Program-made: the position numbers and the translations under genes
Source: Octopus vulgaris
Lineage: Eukaryota
Assembly: GCA_951406725.2 (NCBI GenBank)
Contig: OX597822.1
Coordinates: forward strand, 57,908,001-57,972,000
DNA length: 64,000 nucleotides
Reading direction: 5' to 3'
Notes under the pieces: model-generated
Told to the model about the DNA's origin: nothing
Databases searched by the model: none
What the model saw: only the letters and a program-made list of their open reading frames with translations
Part shown: one piece after another, positions 38,810 through 50,901 of the stretch
Numbering within the stretch: position 1 is the first letter of the stretch
How the letters are laid out: every line of letters begins with the position of its first letter

Positions 38810-40015
38810 TAATCCTCCCATAAGTAATGCAGCTTTTTCAATTGCATGAGCTAAAAGTCGGAGGGGGATGGGATAACTACTTGCATCAACTTGCTATAAA
38901 AGTAGGTAGTAATTTTACCTTGTCTTTATTCTTAGTGCAAGTCTTGAAGAGTGCAGTTTGATTTTAACAGTTATTTTTTTATAATAGAAGTGACAAAGGA
39001 GCATATTCAGCATGTTTCGCTTTATGAGTTCAATAAAGGCAACAATGCAATAGAAAGTGCAAGAAATATTAATGCAGTATATGGATATCAGACAATAAGC
39101 ATAAGCCAGCGTCAACGATAGTTCCTGAAATTCCGAGCCAGAAACTACAGCCTAGAGGACAAGCCTTGTCTTGGGAGATCTGTAGATCTTGATATGGAAG
39201 TCCTGCAAACCCTAGTGAACAAGATCCCATTGTAACTGTTGAGAAAGTAGCAGAGAAGCTTGGATTTGGTAATTCAAACATTCATTGACACCTGTGTGCC
39301 ATCAGAAAAGTCAGCAAATTGTGTCAATGGGTTCCTCTCAAACTTTTTGAGTTTAATCATGTGCAGAGAGTGAATGTGTGCTCTTCTTTACTGTCACGTC
39401 TCACAAATGAACCTTTTTTTAACCAAATAGTGACTGGTAATGAGAAATGGGTTCTCTGTAAAAATGTCAAGTGCCAAAGACAGTAGGTAGGAAAGGGAGA
39501 AACACTGGCACTCCAGGCTAAAAAAAGGTCTTCACTCACATAAGATGTTACCTGTTTGGTGGGGTATGAAAGGTTTATTCCACTTTGAACTTTTAAAACC
39601 AAACCAAAGGATAACAAAGAAGATCTACTGTGAGCAGCTTGAGCAGCTCAAACCAGTGCTAGAAGAAAAACAACCATCTTTGGTTTTAAGACGAAAGGTG
39701 TCCTTCCATTAGGATAATGCTCAACCACATCCAGCGAGGATGACATTCCAAAGGCTGGAGCAGTTTGAATCGGAAACAATGCCCCACCCACCATATTCGC
39801 TGGATATTGCCCAATTTGATTATCATTTATTCTGCAGTCTTCAAAATCATTTGGTCAGAAAAAATATCGATTCTGTAGACGAGGTCAGAACAGTACTGGA
39901 GTAGTATTTTTTATCACGGACAAGTGAATTTTGAAAGAGGAGCCTTGCAAGTCTATCTTAATTTTGAAAAGTAAAAAGGTATAAAAAACCTGCATTATTT
40001 TTGGGATGACCCAAC
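38810..40015 (+). mobile_element. Decayed mariner transposon (Hsmar1/Mos1-like)
   Basis: TIRs CCCATAAGTAATGCAGCTTTTT and AAAAAACCTGCATTATTTTTGGGATGACCCAA. Translation fragments: KEHIQHVSLYEFNKGNNA..ARNINAVYG, QWVP, IVTGNEKWV, H*DNAQPH, PPYSLDIAQFDYHLF. Confidence 0.88.
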
Positions 40016-40123
40016 ATATATAAATGTAGGACAGTGCTAGCTATAATACTTTACCTGAGAGAAATTTCTCTTAAAAGATTCCTTGTTAAAAGTATGGAAC
40101 TCATTGAGAATGACATCAGCAGG

Positions 40124-40170
40124 CTCTCAAACACTTATGTTTCCATTTGATTTAGTCTCCTCAGTGACAA
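40124..40170 (-). ncRNA. Degenerate type I hammerhead ribozyme motif (unit 1)
   Basis: UUGUCA-CUGAGGA-GACUAAAUCAAAUG-GAAA-CAUAAGUG-UU-UGAGAG: core intact, stem II eroded. Confidence 0.55.
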
Positions 40171-40438
40171 GTATTCTTGGTCATTCTGAGATAAGTTGAA
40201 GCTTTCATTCCAATACAGAAATCAGCAAATGAAACATTTACTGATTAGTGAGGAAGCCAACCAGGATTGTGTTAAATCAATACATGGAATTAAAACAGCA
40301 TTAGATTATAATAATGATGTGTGTAACCTGATATGTATACAAATATAGAACAGGGCTAACTGTAATATTATCTCAGAAAACTTCTTTTAAGAGACTTTTG
40401 TTAAAAACACTAAGCTCTCTCAGAATGATGTCAGAAGA

Positions 40439-40485
40439 TTGTCAAACATAAGTGTTTCGGCATGGTTTGGCCTTTTCAGTAACAA
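40439..40485 (-). ncRNA. Degenerate type I hammerhead ribozyme motif (unit 2)
   Basis: UUGUUA-CUGAAAA-GGC-CAAACCAU-GCC-GAAA-CACUUAUG-UU-UGACAA: stems I, II and III all pair; core G8 is changed to A. Confidence 0.65.
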
Positions 40486-41297
40486 ACACACCTGGACCTT
40501 TTGAGCTAAGTTGGAGCTTTCACTCCAGCTTAGAATTCAGCAAACAAGACATTTGCTAATTTGTGTGGATATTGACTAGACTTGAGTTAATTTAATATAC
40601 ACCCTTGAAACAACATTAGATTAAAATTACTCTGATACAGCAGACCTATGATCAAAGAAATTTTCAGCTTTGACCATCATCATCATTTAATGTCTACCTA
40701 CCATGCTAGCAGGATATAGTTATATCTATGACTATTCAATATGATGGCTTTAGTAATGAGTATTAATGGTTATAGTTGTTGTCCACCCTCAGTCCAACAA
40801 AACCACAATCAAAATTGCAACTGTCTGTACGTGTATACTATAGTGATGTATGAAGATATATAATAAAAGTAATGCATAAATAATATAAAGCCAGTTTTAT
40901 ACAAATCATATTCTATCTCACTTTAAATAGAGAGTGGAATATTTAGAATCACCACAAAGTTCAGTCCTTGTTGCAGTGTGGTAGCTTGTGTGCTTCTGTG
41001 ACCCTGAGAGGTATACCAGCAGAGTGTAAGCTCCTGATAGGGCCTCTCAGGCCAGATAGGTCAATGGATAGAGACCACACTAATATGAACCATCTCTTCC
41101 CAAAGGTAAAAATGAGTTTGTATGGGAACAATACCACTACCTAGAAAAAGAGAAAGTTATAGAAGCATCGATGATAATTCAAAGCCAACAAGACCTGGGA
41201 GAGGAAGGCCTTCCTTCCAAAACATCTAAACCTTTTTTGTAAATGCATACTGGTTGACAGATTATTTTTTTCTAAAAATGAATGTTGAAATTTGCAG

Positions 41298-41400
41298 GAA
41301 ATTCGAAGAATTATGCTTGAGAATGAATTTTGGCTTGTCCGTACTAAAATGGTGAAATTAAGCAGAGAACAAGCTGAAGAATTTTATAGTGTGCATCAAG
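41298..41400 (+). CDS. NME6: NME6 coding exon 2
   Basis: EIRRIMLENEFWLVRTKMVKLSREQAEEFYSVHQ plus G; TGCAG acceptor and GTCAGT donor. Confidence 0.93.
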
Positions 41401-41569
41401 GTCAGTAGTAAAGTATATCATTAATTTACTTTAATTCTATAATGAAAATTTACTTGTCAAGTTTTAAGTTTGTATTAAAAGAATTGTGTGTGTGTGTGTT
41501 AAAATATTCCTTTCTGAAACTTGTGGGAGGCATCAAGTTAGATGCTGTTTTGATGTGTGTGTATGTATG

Positions 41570-41574
<5 letters not shown>

Positions 41575-41625
<51 letters not shown>

Positions 41626-41650
41626 TTTCGTTTATTCTTCTCCAAGAAAG

Positions 41651-41692
<42 letters not shown>
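41575..41692. repeat. Two (TA)n microsatellites
   Basis: Directly visible. Similar tracts at 34371-34416, 49234-49375, 54021-54053 and 56890-56926. Confidence 0.95.
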
Positions 41693-41696
<4 letters not shown>

Positions 41697-42002
41697 AAGA
41701 AGGAGGTTATCAGAATTTTGGATAATCATGTATTAGTGCTTTCATCCCATTTGTTTCTGAGATATGATTTTTTACAGAAAATTTATGCCTTTTTATATAA
41801 ATCTGGAAGAGAATGTTCTCAAAAGTGTGTGTATATATATGATACTTTTGATCAGTGCCAATGCATGAAACTCTCAGCCTTTGAGTACTCAATAATTTCT
41901 GCTGAGTATTAATAATCGAATATACTTATACCCCTGTTTTGAGTTCCATTTTCCTGCTTACATCAGCTAAATCTATATATTTTAGGTATATAAAAGTATA
42001 TT

Positions 42003-42189
42003 TACCTTATTTGATAGCATATAAGATGTACTTTTTCTCCAAAAAAATGTCTTTAAAATTCCTATATGTGAAGTTGGGAATGTATTACATGTTTTAATGC
42101 ACAGAAAGTTTTTTTCCCTTGAATACACACTTCTGAAATTGGAGTGCATCTAATATGCCTGTATATCTTTTATGCCATCAAATATGGTA
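42003..42189. mobile_element. Old Tc1/pogo-type MITE
   Basis: TACCTTATTTGATAGCATATAAGA ... TCTTTTATGCCATCAAATATGGTA inverted termini. A similar element lies at about 47465-47670. Confidence 0.6.
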
Positions 42190-42253
42190 TATCATTTATT
42201 TATTTGAAAAGATTTCCCTTTCCAGCCTATTTACTTTAGGTTTTTCATTTCAG

Positions 42254-42293
42254 AAAAATTCTTCTATAACCGATTGGTAACCTTCATGTGCAG
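42254..42293 (+). CDS. NME6: NME6 coding exon 3
   Basis: (E)KFFYNRLVTFMC(S), compare NME6 RFFYQRLVEFMASG; CAG acceptor and GTGAGT donor. Confidence 0.95.
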
Positions 42294-44972
42294 GTGAGTA
42301 ACACCAACTTTTATTATACTACAATATTGTGTTTCAGTCAACTCTATAGTTGTTTATCACCAAATGGTTGCTTTTTGGGTTTTTTTTTAAAAATCCCATA
42401 TTTCTATAATTCAATTATCCCTGTCTGATACAAAGGCACTAAAAAACCTTAATTCCTTTCTCACCACCAAACCACACTACTACTAAGCCATCACCATCTC
42501 TATACCTGTCAGGTCATCCAACCAGTGCCTTATTACAGCTCCCTATGTCATATCCACATTCTATGCAACAACTTTCTGAACCCTATGTTATTTCAAGTCA
42601 ACTAACTGGTTAAGGCCCCAACAGTTCTATGTTAATTATCCCTTGCAGCACATGTTCTTCATTCCTGACCTGTCAGAAACAGCTCAGTGGATGAGTGAAA
42701 CGAACCACTTAGGCATGTCCCTATATATCTTGCACACAACTAAAACTCAAACTGGACTTTTGCCAGCATTGTAACTCTTGCATCATCATCCATACCACAA
42801 AGGTTGCCTCCATACATTGCACAATCTGCAAGCTCTCTCATCTCTTAAATTGCAGCTGATCTTTTCTCTCCCTTGCCAAAAAGATTGCTGTGAATTTTCC
42901 ACATTCTTCTTTTATTTCACTTCTCAACCATGATTCTATAAGCAGTACTTCACAGAGATAGTCTTTACATTCTATGCCCATTTAGATATTTTGCCACACT
43001 ACACACACTAACTATCCACCAAGACTATCCCTTTCAACCATACAAGGCACACATACATGCTAAACTGCAAAGTACCCCTGGTCACTTCCAACCAAAAAGG
43101 TCATAAACACTCACAGACTGTATGCTATTATCCTGGGATAATAAGCATATCACTTTCTTGATTATATCCTGATTTTTAGAAACACTAATCTCCCAAAGCA
43201 CACTTCTTCTGGCTCTTTCAACATCTCAAAAGTTATAGAGACAGCCATTAGCAACAAGCTTCTCTATCACTTTCAATCTCTCATCCACTTTAGTATCTAA
43301 CAATAAGGTTTTTATAAAACCAGATCTACTGATGACCTTTGTTACAGCAATTTTATTTTGTCCTTTCCTATTTAACCCTATAGTAGAAAGGTTAGTTGTA
43401 TGAAAGGCAATCTTCCTATTGCTAGCAATTTCACATACTTACTCCTATAGTGTACAAATGTTTGAAGTTTGCAAAAACTTTCCTTCCCATTACTTTAGGA
43501 AAAATGATTGTAAAGTAAATATTGCCATATGGTTAAGAAATTTGCGTTGCAACCACATGGTTCTAGGTTCAATCCCACTGAACAGTACCTTGGTAAAAAT
43601 ATCTTCTGCCATAGCTTTAGGTTGAACAATACCTTATAGTTCTTTAGTTTGCTTAAGCCATCATGGTTTTAACCATGCTGAAGCAAACAGAAACTGTGTA
43701 GAGACCTGTTGTATATATTCATTAATGTGTTTTAGTATTACAGTTAGTCATGCTGGAGCATCATCTTTATGTATGTGCGTATTTTTCACTAATATATATT
43801 GGTGAAAGCTGTCAACTTTAGTGAGAAAACCAGTATACTTGTGCTTTCAAACTGAAGTACACTGTTGTATTGTCACCATGCTGGTAACATGTATAAAGCA
43901 CCCATCGTATATATTCCTAATACACATAAAATGCACCCAGTGCACTGTGGAGTGGTTGGCATTAGGAAGGGCATCCAGTCATAGAAACCAAGCCAAAATT
44001 GACTGGAGCCTAGTGCAGCTCTCTGGCTTACCATTGCCAATCAAGCCATCTAACCCATGCCAGCATGGAAAATAGACATTAAATGATGACGATGGCGGTG
44101 ATGATGAGGATGACATCCTTCCCTAATTGTTCTACCCAAAAATACACAGGAAAATCCATGTCACTCTCACTATTGTAAATGCAGTGGACCAGTGATTGAC
44201 CCATTGAAGACCTGAAACAATTGACACTGCCATTCATGAAGTTTGACATGAAATAAATAAAAAATAAATATAAGCATATAGGCACAGGGATAGCTATGTG
44301 GTAAGAAGTTTGCTTCCCAACCACATGGTCCTAAGTCCAGTGGGACTGAACCCAGAACCATGTGGTTGGTAAGCAAGCTTCTTACCGCACAGCCACTTCT
44401 AAGTACCAAGCTTAAAAAGAACATGAACTGGGATTGATTTATTTGACTAAAATTCCTTAAAGCAGTGCCCCAGCATGGCCACAGTCAAATGACCAAAACA
44501 AGTAAAAGCTAAAAGATACAGCAGGAAATATATAACTTATAAATATCTGTGGGAAAGAGTATTTAACAAAATCTAAATACCACGTTTCAAATCCTGATAA
44601 GGTCAATTTTGCCTTTCATCCTTTTGATGTCAATATAATAAAGTACCATTCAAGTACCGGGTCACTTTAATCAACTAACCCCCTCCCCTCAAATTTCTTG
44701 TATTATGCCTCTGTTGAAAACAATTATTACTTCCAAAGGTAGTTGATAGCAGAATCTGCAAAGTTACTGATAAAATATCATACATTGTCATCGTCATCAT
44801 CATCATTGGTATCATCATCATTACCATCAGCAGCAATGCTTATGCTCTTTTTTCAGTCATGAATCTAAAAAATTTTCTTACAATTATTAATTCATGTGTA
44901 CCTGTAGATTTTGATTTTGATTATAGTATTCCATTTTAAAGGATAAACATTTTCTTCTTTCTTTTCGTTCAG

Positions 44973-45056
44973 TGGCCCAATTGGTGTTCATGTTCTTGCT
45001 CGTGAGGATGCAATTAATACCTGGAGGAAACTCCTTGGTCCCACCAAGGTACTCAG
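44973..45056 (+). CDS. NME6: NME6 coding exon 4
   Basis: (S)GPIGVHVLAREDAINTWRKLLGPTKVL(R); CAG acceptor and GTATGT donor. Confidence 0.95.
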
Positions 45057-45149
45057 GTATGTTCTATATCCTGTTACTTAGCAAAATATACTCCAGAATT
45101 TTTTATCGTATATATTCCTAATATTTATCTAGATGCATTGGAACACTTC

Positions 45150-45725
45150 ATACAAGCACACCGAAACTTGAGCTCACTCAAAGTAGTTGATAGCTTTTGT
45201 TACCTAGGATATGTAATTAGCAAAGAAGGTGGTTGCTCTGAAAGTCTAGTAGCTAGAGTGAGAACTGGTTGGAGGAAGTTCAGCAAACTATTACCACTGC
45301 TGATAATGAAGATCCTTTCCCTAATAGTATGATGCTTGCATTAGAACTGCAATGCTACATGGCAGTAAGACGTAGGTCTTGAATGCAGAGGACTTGAGAA
45401 GACTGGAAAGAAATGAAGTGAGTATGCTTCGTTGGATGTGCAGTGTGAGTAAAAGAGTTAGTACAAAGGTGCTGAGTGAAAAACTGGGCATAAGAAGAAT
45501 CAGATGTGTGCAAGAAAGAAGACTTTGCTGTTATGAACGCATGATATGAATGAATTGAGAACTGTATAAAGAAGTGCTGATTGCTAAATGTCACTAGAAG
45601 TTTTGGAAGAGGGGTGAACCAAGAAAACATGGATTGAAGTGGTTAAGGCTGACCTCAGAATCCTGAGCCTGACAAAGGAGATGGCAAGGGACCAGGATCT
45701 CTGGCAATATGAGATTCTCAAAAAG
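45150..45725 (+). mobile_element. RTE LINE 3' fragment
   Basis: LKVVDSFCYLGYVISKEGGCSESLVARVRTGWRKFSKLLPLL, then decayed ..MLHGS..RRLERNE..MLRWMC.. Confidence 0.75.
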
Positions 45726-47795
45726 CCCCACATTCATCAGCAAAGCTGAGTTCTGGAAGTGCTATGTATTGTGCTCACCACCCATGTTACAGTGACTCAT
45801 CCACCACTTTCTCTCCTGCATTAATCTTGCCTTTTCTACCCACCCGCCACCCACACTCCTGCAGACTACCTGACTGTGTATCATCTTTGTTACTCCCCCT
45901 CCCCATTCCTTTTGTTCCCTAGCATGAAGCTGACCTCCCACCAAAGTTTGTAATTCTATGGGCAGCATGGTCACCTCAATAATGTAGGTGACTTGCAAAA
46001 CGTACCCAATCCATGCTGTAAAGTGGTTGACATCAGGAAGGGCATCCAACCATAGAAACTGTGCCAAAACAGACATTGGAGCATGATGCAGTCCTTGGTC
46101 ACATCAAATCCTGTCAAACCATTCAGCCCATGTCATCATGAAACATGGATGTTAAATGCTGCTGCTGCTGATGATGATTATGATGATATCTTATTCTTGA
46201 ACTTTCTTTTTTTTAATATTTTCTATGGATTAGTTAGAGGAAGAAGAGCAGCATCCATGATATTTTTTGAGGTTTCCAAGACTGTTGTGGGGTAAGAGAA
46301 AAAACAACAAGCCATGGGTTGCTGCAGTAGGCAACAATTCATTCAGATACTGAGTTTATTTATCCTCAAACTAAAGAACTAGTCTAAGAGCTGCTAAAAG
46401 CACCCATTGGTGTTGGTGCTTAACAGAGCAATGGATTAAATATATATTAAATAAATAGATCTACGTGTGGAGGTAGTCCCTTCATTACTGCCAGTGGAGA
46501 GGGGACACAGTATAAGTGATTTCTGACAATGAATTAAAGCATATATAGGTTGGAATAAATAAGATTTTGTAGAAGTCATACATTTTGAAGAAATATTGGT
46601 TTCAAATTTTGGCACAAGGCCAGTAAGTTTGGTGGAGGGTGTAAGTTGATTACATTGAACCTCAGTGTTCAACTGATACATATTTTATCAACTCCAAAAG
46701 GATGAAAGGCAAAGTCAACCACAGCAGAATTTGAGCATCAGAGCATAAAGATGGATGAAATGTCGCTAAACATTTTGCCCTGCGTGCTAATGATTCTACC
46801 AGCTTAGCGCCTTCTTTTGTAGAAATATTAGCAAGTAATCTTCATCAGTCTAGCTATACATTCTTTTGTGTGTGAATATATTTTGATACCCCCTTGGTGT
46901 AATTACATTGTCACTGGTTACCTTCCCAATGGATAGGAAAAGAAAAAGACATGTCTTCATGTACCTTACCACAACTGTGTATTGTCATAGTCACATAAAG
47001 ACTGAACAGATATTTGTCAAGGCAGTAAGCTGGCAGAATCATTAGCATGTTGAACAAGATACTTAGTGGCATTTCATCAGTCTTTACATTCTGAGTTCAA
47101 ATTCTACCAAGGTCTACTTTGCCTTTCAGCCTTTCAGGGTTGAACACTGGAGCCAATGTAATCAACAAGCCCTCTTCCCGAAAATTTCAGGCCTTGTATC
47201 AATAGTAGAAAAGGTTATCAGTAATCTACATCATTAGAATAGTTTTCATTAAATTCTTGGAATTACATCATCCATGCTGACATGATGAAATTGATATAGA
47301 ATGTTGACAATGGTTATATTTTACCTTATTAATTTGTTTTAATATTCTGAGTAGAGCCCAGTAGAATCAGTACCTTCTCAGACAATACCTTGCAGAATTT
47401 AGTTACATTTTTTTTGTGTCCAAGTTCAAATCTCACTAGAGTCTACGTTGCATTTTGTTGATAAATATATTTGCTGCTATATAAGACTTATTCTTGCTTA
47501 AGACGCACTTCTATTTGCAAGTATATTTTGTGGTAAAAAACAAATTTGATATGTTTCATCATACTCTCATGTACTCTCTATCCTATCTGTAATATGTCAT
47601 ATTAGGTGCATAGCAATTTTTTGTTACATTTAAGAATAAAAATGTGTTTTAAATGCCAGCATATATGGTACCACTCAAGAACTGGGTTTAATTTATAAAG
47701 TGTCCTCCCCACTCTATTAGTAGTTATGTACTTATATTAAAAATTATTATCCATTTACATTATTTGATGTTATTTTCAATTAATTCTGTTTTTAG

Positions 47796-47872
47796 GACAG
47801 TTTTTGAAGAACCCACTTCTATACGTGGGCGTTTTGGACTGACAGATACAAGGAATTGTGCTCATGGTTCAG
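47796..47872 (+). CDS. NME6: NME6 coding exon 5 (contains the catalytic His of HGSD)
   Basis: (R)TVFEEPTSIRGRFGLTDTRNCAHGS(D), compare NME6 SIRGSFGLTDTRNTTHGSD. Confidence 0.96.
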
Positions 47873-48131
47873 GTAAATCTTCCTTAGTTTTTTGAAATTT
47901 TTCTCTCTATTTCACTGATTGCTATATGATAACTGTTGAAACATCTGCTTGAATAAGTGAGGTACTGACCTCAATGAGCTGAATTCAAACTCCAGTAGTG
48001 TTTACATTCTCTTTAACCCCAGCAAAAGTTAATAAAACAAGCATACAAGCATCATGTAATGTGTTGGAATAGATTTAGTGCTGAAACTAGTTCTCAAAAT
48101 TAAATTTAAAAAAAAATTTTTTTTTTTAGAA

Positions 48132-48468
48132 ACACTCTGTCGGTTACGATCAATGGAACAGCCTGCTCGTGAAATTAACGTGTAAGTGGCTGAGCACTCC
48201 ACAGAACGTGTACCCTTAACATAGTTCTCGGGGATATTCAGCGTGACACAGAGAGTGACAAGGCCGGCCCTTTGAAATACAGGTACAACAGAAACAGAAA
48301 GTTGTGGTGAAAGAGTACAGCAGGGATCACCACCATCCCCTGCCGGAGCCTCGTGGAGCTTTAGGTGTTTTCGCTCAATAAACACTTACAACGCCCGGTC
48401 TAGGAATCAAAACTGCGATCCTATGACCGCGAGTCCGCTGCCCTAAACACTGGGCCATTGCGCCTCCA
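48132..48468 (-). mobile_element. tRNA-derived SINE (a further family, CpG-rich)
   Basis: Minus-strand head TGGAGGCGCAATGGCCCAGTG..GCAGTTTTGATTCC with A/B boxes, followed by a non-tRNA body. Confidence 0.7.
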
Positions 48469-49014
48469 CCCAAAATTAAATAGTACCTTAAGAACCTTAA
48501 GAAGACAAAGAATATAAACTTACACTTATAGATGCGTGTGTGTGAGAGAGAGAGAGAAGGCATATGGCTTGGTGGTTAGGCTGTTCTACTCATAATCCCT
48601 CGATTATGGGTTCAGTTCCCAGACTGGGCTGCGCATTGAGCAAAACACTTCCTTTCTCATTGCTCCAGTCCCCCTTTCAACCAGGTGTAATGTTGACTTG
48701 CTTGCCTAGCCAGTGGGGTCGCATCGTTCAATGACTAAAATGATGCAAAATGCATTGTGACCAGTGATGTGTAACAACATCTGATAATGTAGTCAGTCAC
48801 ATAATCATGTGATATATATTTGTGTGTATACATATATATATATTCTTTTGTTCTATTTTTTAAAATTTGTTTCAGTCATATAACTGCGGCCATGCTGGAG
48901 CACCGGCATTACTCAAGCAAATTGACCCTAGGACTTGTACTTTATAAGTCTCTTTCTTATTCTATCGGTCTGTTTTGCTGAGTCGCTAAGTTAAGGGGAC
49001 ATAAACACACCAGC

Positions 49015-49057
<43 letters not shown>

Positions 49058-49165
49058 AGTGTGTTTTCCATTTGTGTCTTTTGTTCTTCAAAAGAATAGT
49101 TCATGTTCCACGTACTCATGCCTTGTATTTTTTTTGTACACCTTTCGTGACGTCACGTGCCCGCA

Positions 49166-49197
<32 letters not shown>

Positions 49198-49231
49198 CGT
49201 GTAGATGTATGTACATATACGTATGTATAAA

Positions 49232-49272
<41 letters not shown>

Positions 49273-49288
49273 TATATTATTATATATA

Positions 49289-49323
<35 letters not shown>

Positions 49324-49499
49324 TATTTATATTATTATATATATGTGTGTGTGTGTATGTATATATATATATATACACACACACACACAAACACAGGTCC
49401 AGATTAAAATTATTAACTAATCAGTTACTTTTACAAATGCTAAGTTTGTGGCAGAGCTGTACCATATGTTGGCTATCTGTTCTAAATCAACCTGTCAGT

Positions 49500-49790
49500 G
49501 TATATTAGATCATCACTGTTAATAGTCGGATTAATTTTTATTAATTAGGATAGCTTTTCTAATCCTCAAATTTCCTATATTTTGTTCTGTGGCTTTAATA
49601 ACTGTGATCTTCTTTTGACATATCTTGTGATATATTTTGCTAATGGAGGTGTTTCTATGAATATGCTCTTTAATGCAGGTGTACACCCTACCAATGGTGC
49701 TGTTGTAAGATCTACCAAATTTACACTTTATTTCAAGCTTGCATTGTGGTGGCTTTTTAAAAAAATCATACCACACAACATCAAACAAAG
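49500..49790 (-). mobile_element. Penelope-like element GIY-YIG endonuclease remnant
   Basis: ORF 49531-49788 reads EIKCKFGRSYNSTIGRVYTCIKEH..LRIRKAILI, a decayed form of C..YIG.T.R....R.KEH..EAILI. Confidence 0.55.
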
Positions 49791-50151
49791 CAGTTTGTGA
49801 TATTTAGTTGTGTTTAAGGTAGCAAGCTGGCAGAATTATTAGCACACCAGGCAAATGCTTAGCAGAATTTTGTTCATCTTTACATTCTGAATTCAAATTC
49901 CACTGAGGTCAACTTTGCGTACTGGGTTCAATGTAATCGACTTTACTCTTCCCTGTAATTCCTGGCTGTGTACCAAAAGTAGAAACCAATACTTTGGTTG
50001 ATATAATCAGCAAAACCATTCCAGTATGGTCCGAGTCCAGTGACTGAAACCAGTGTAAGAATTAAAACCTATATGTACATTTTTATGATACTTATATTGT
50101 TTCAAAAGCTGAAAGATTTTTTTGTTTTCTCTCTTCCTTTCTCTAATTCAG

Positions 50152-50300
50152 ATTCTGAAGAAACAGCAAATAAGGAAATTCAATTCTTCTTTCCAGAAAT
50201 CGATATAGACAAATTTCGAGAAGAGATCAGAAAATTTTTAGAAGAAAAGGGTACCATGCTTTTCAATGAAAAATCATGTGAACATGAATGTCATAATTAA
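50152..50300 (+). CDS. NME6: NME6 terminal coding exon
   Basis: (D)SEETANKEIQFFFPEIDIDKFREEIRKFLEEKGTMLFNEKSCEHECHN*; polypyrimidine-CAG acceptor. Confidence 0.93.
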
Positions 50301-50373
50301 TTTTATTCAAATATATTTTGTATGAATCTAATAATTTTTAACACCCACCCCACCAATTCCCAATGTTCTAAAA

Positions 50374-50901
50374 CAGTGGTTCCAAAAATAGTTTAGCCAA
50401 AATTCACTTTGCTCTTTAAATCATTCCTTACATCTCTTCTCTGTTAAACAGAATAACAAATTGCACAACACTGTGGGAGACAATATTATTTTTATGTTCT
50501 TGTTAGTTCCAGCTATTTGGTTGTGGCCAAATCGAAACATCGTAAAATTCAGTTTCATAATTCATGAATTCATAGAGTTTTTTAGTGAGTCACCATTGCA
50601 ATAGAAATATTCAAAATCTGTCACTTTGTAATCTCCCTTGTTTTCCCACAGATACTTGGAAATTTCACCAGTTTCTGAAATTTGAAATTTGATGGTATAG
50701 TATTTTTCTTATGTACCACTGAGTAACCAATGGTACTTCTATTGGTGGTGATGGCAGGGGTTGCTTCTCATATATTACCTGTATACTATGCTATTACCTC
50801 AGTATCATTTAGTACCTCTTTGTTACGTAGTACTTTACTAAGTGTGTGTTATTCATTACACCACCTTTTGGGAGAAATGTATATTATATTTTAAAACACT
50901 G
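50374..50901. mobile_element. hAT (Charlie-type) non-autonomous element just 3' of the NME6 stop
   Basis: CAGTGGTTCC..AAACACTG termini; 8-bp TSD TTCTAAAA/TTCTAGAA resembling the NTCTAGAN target. Confidence 0.7.

Larger units (their letters stand above)
40016..40630 (-). repeat. Tandem ~315-nt repeat with one type I hammerhead motif per unit (retrozyme-like)
   Basis: Units at about 40016-40334 and 40335-40630 align along their length. A fragment of the unit end also lies at 38776-38809, left of the mariner. Confidence 0.7.

Noticed and set aside
41442-41912. Long ORFs with YIYI/VCVC runs (also 49027-49508 and 53755-54127)
   Set aside because: Artefacts of (TA)n and (TG)n microsatellites, which lack stop codons.
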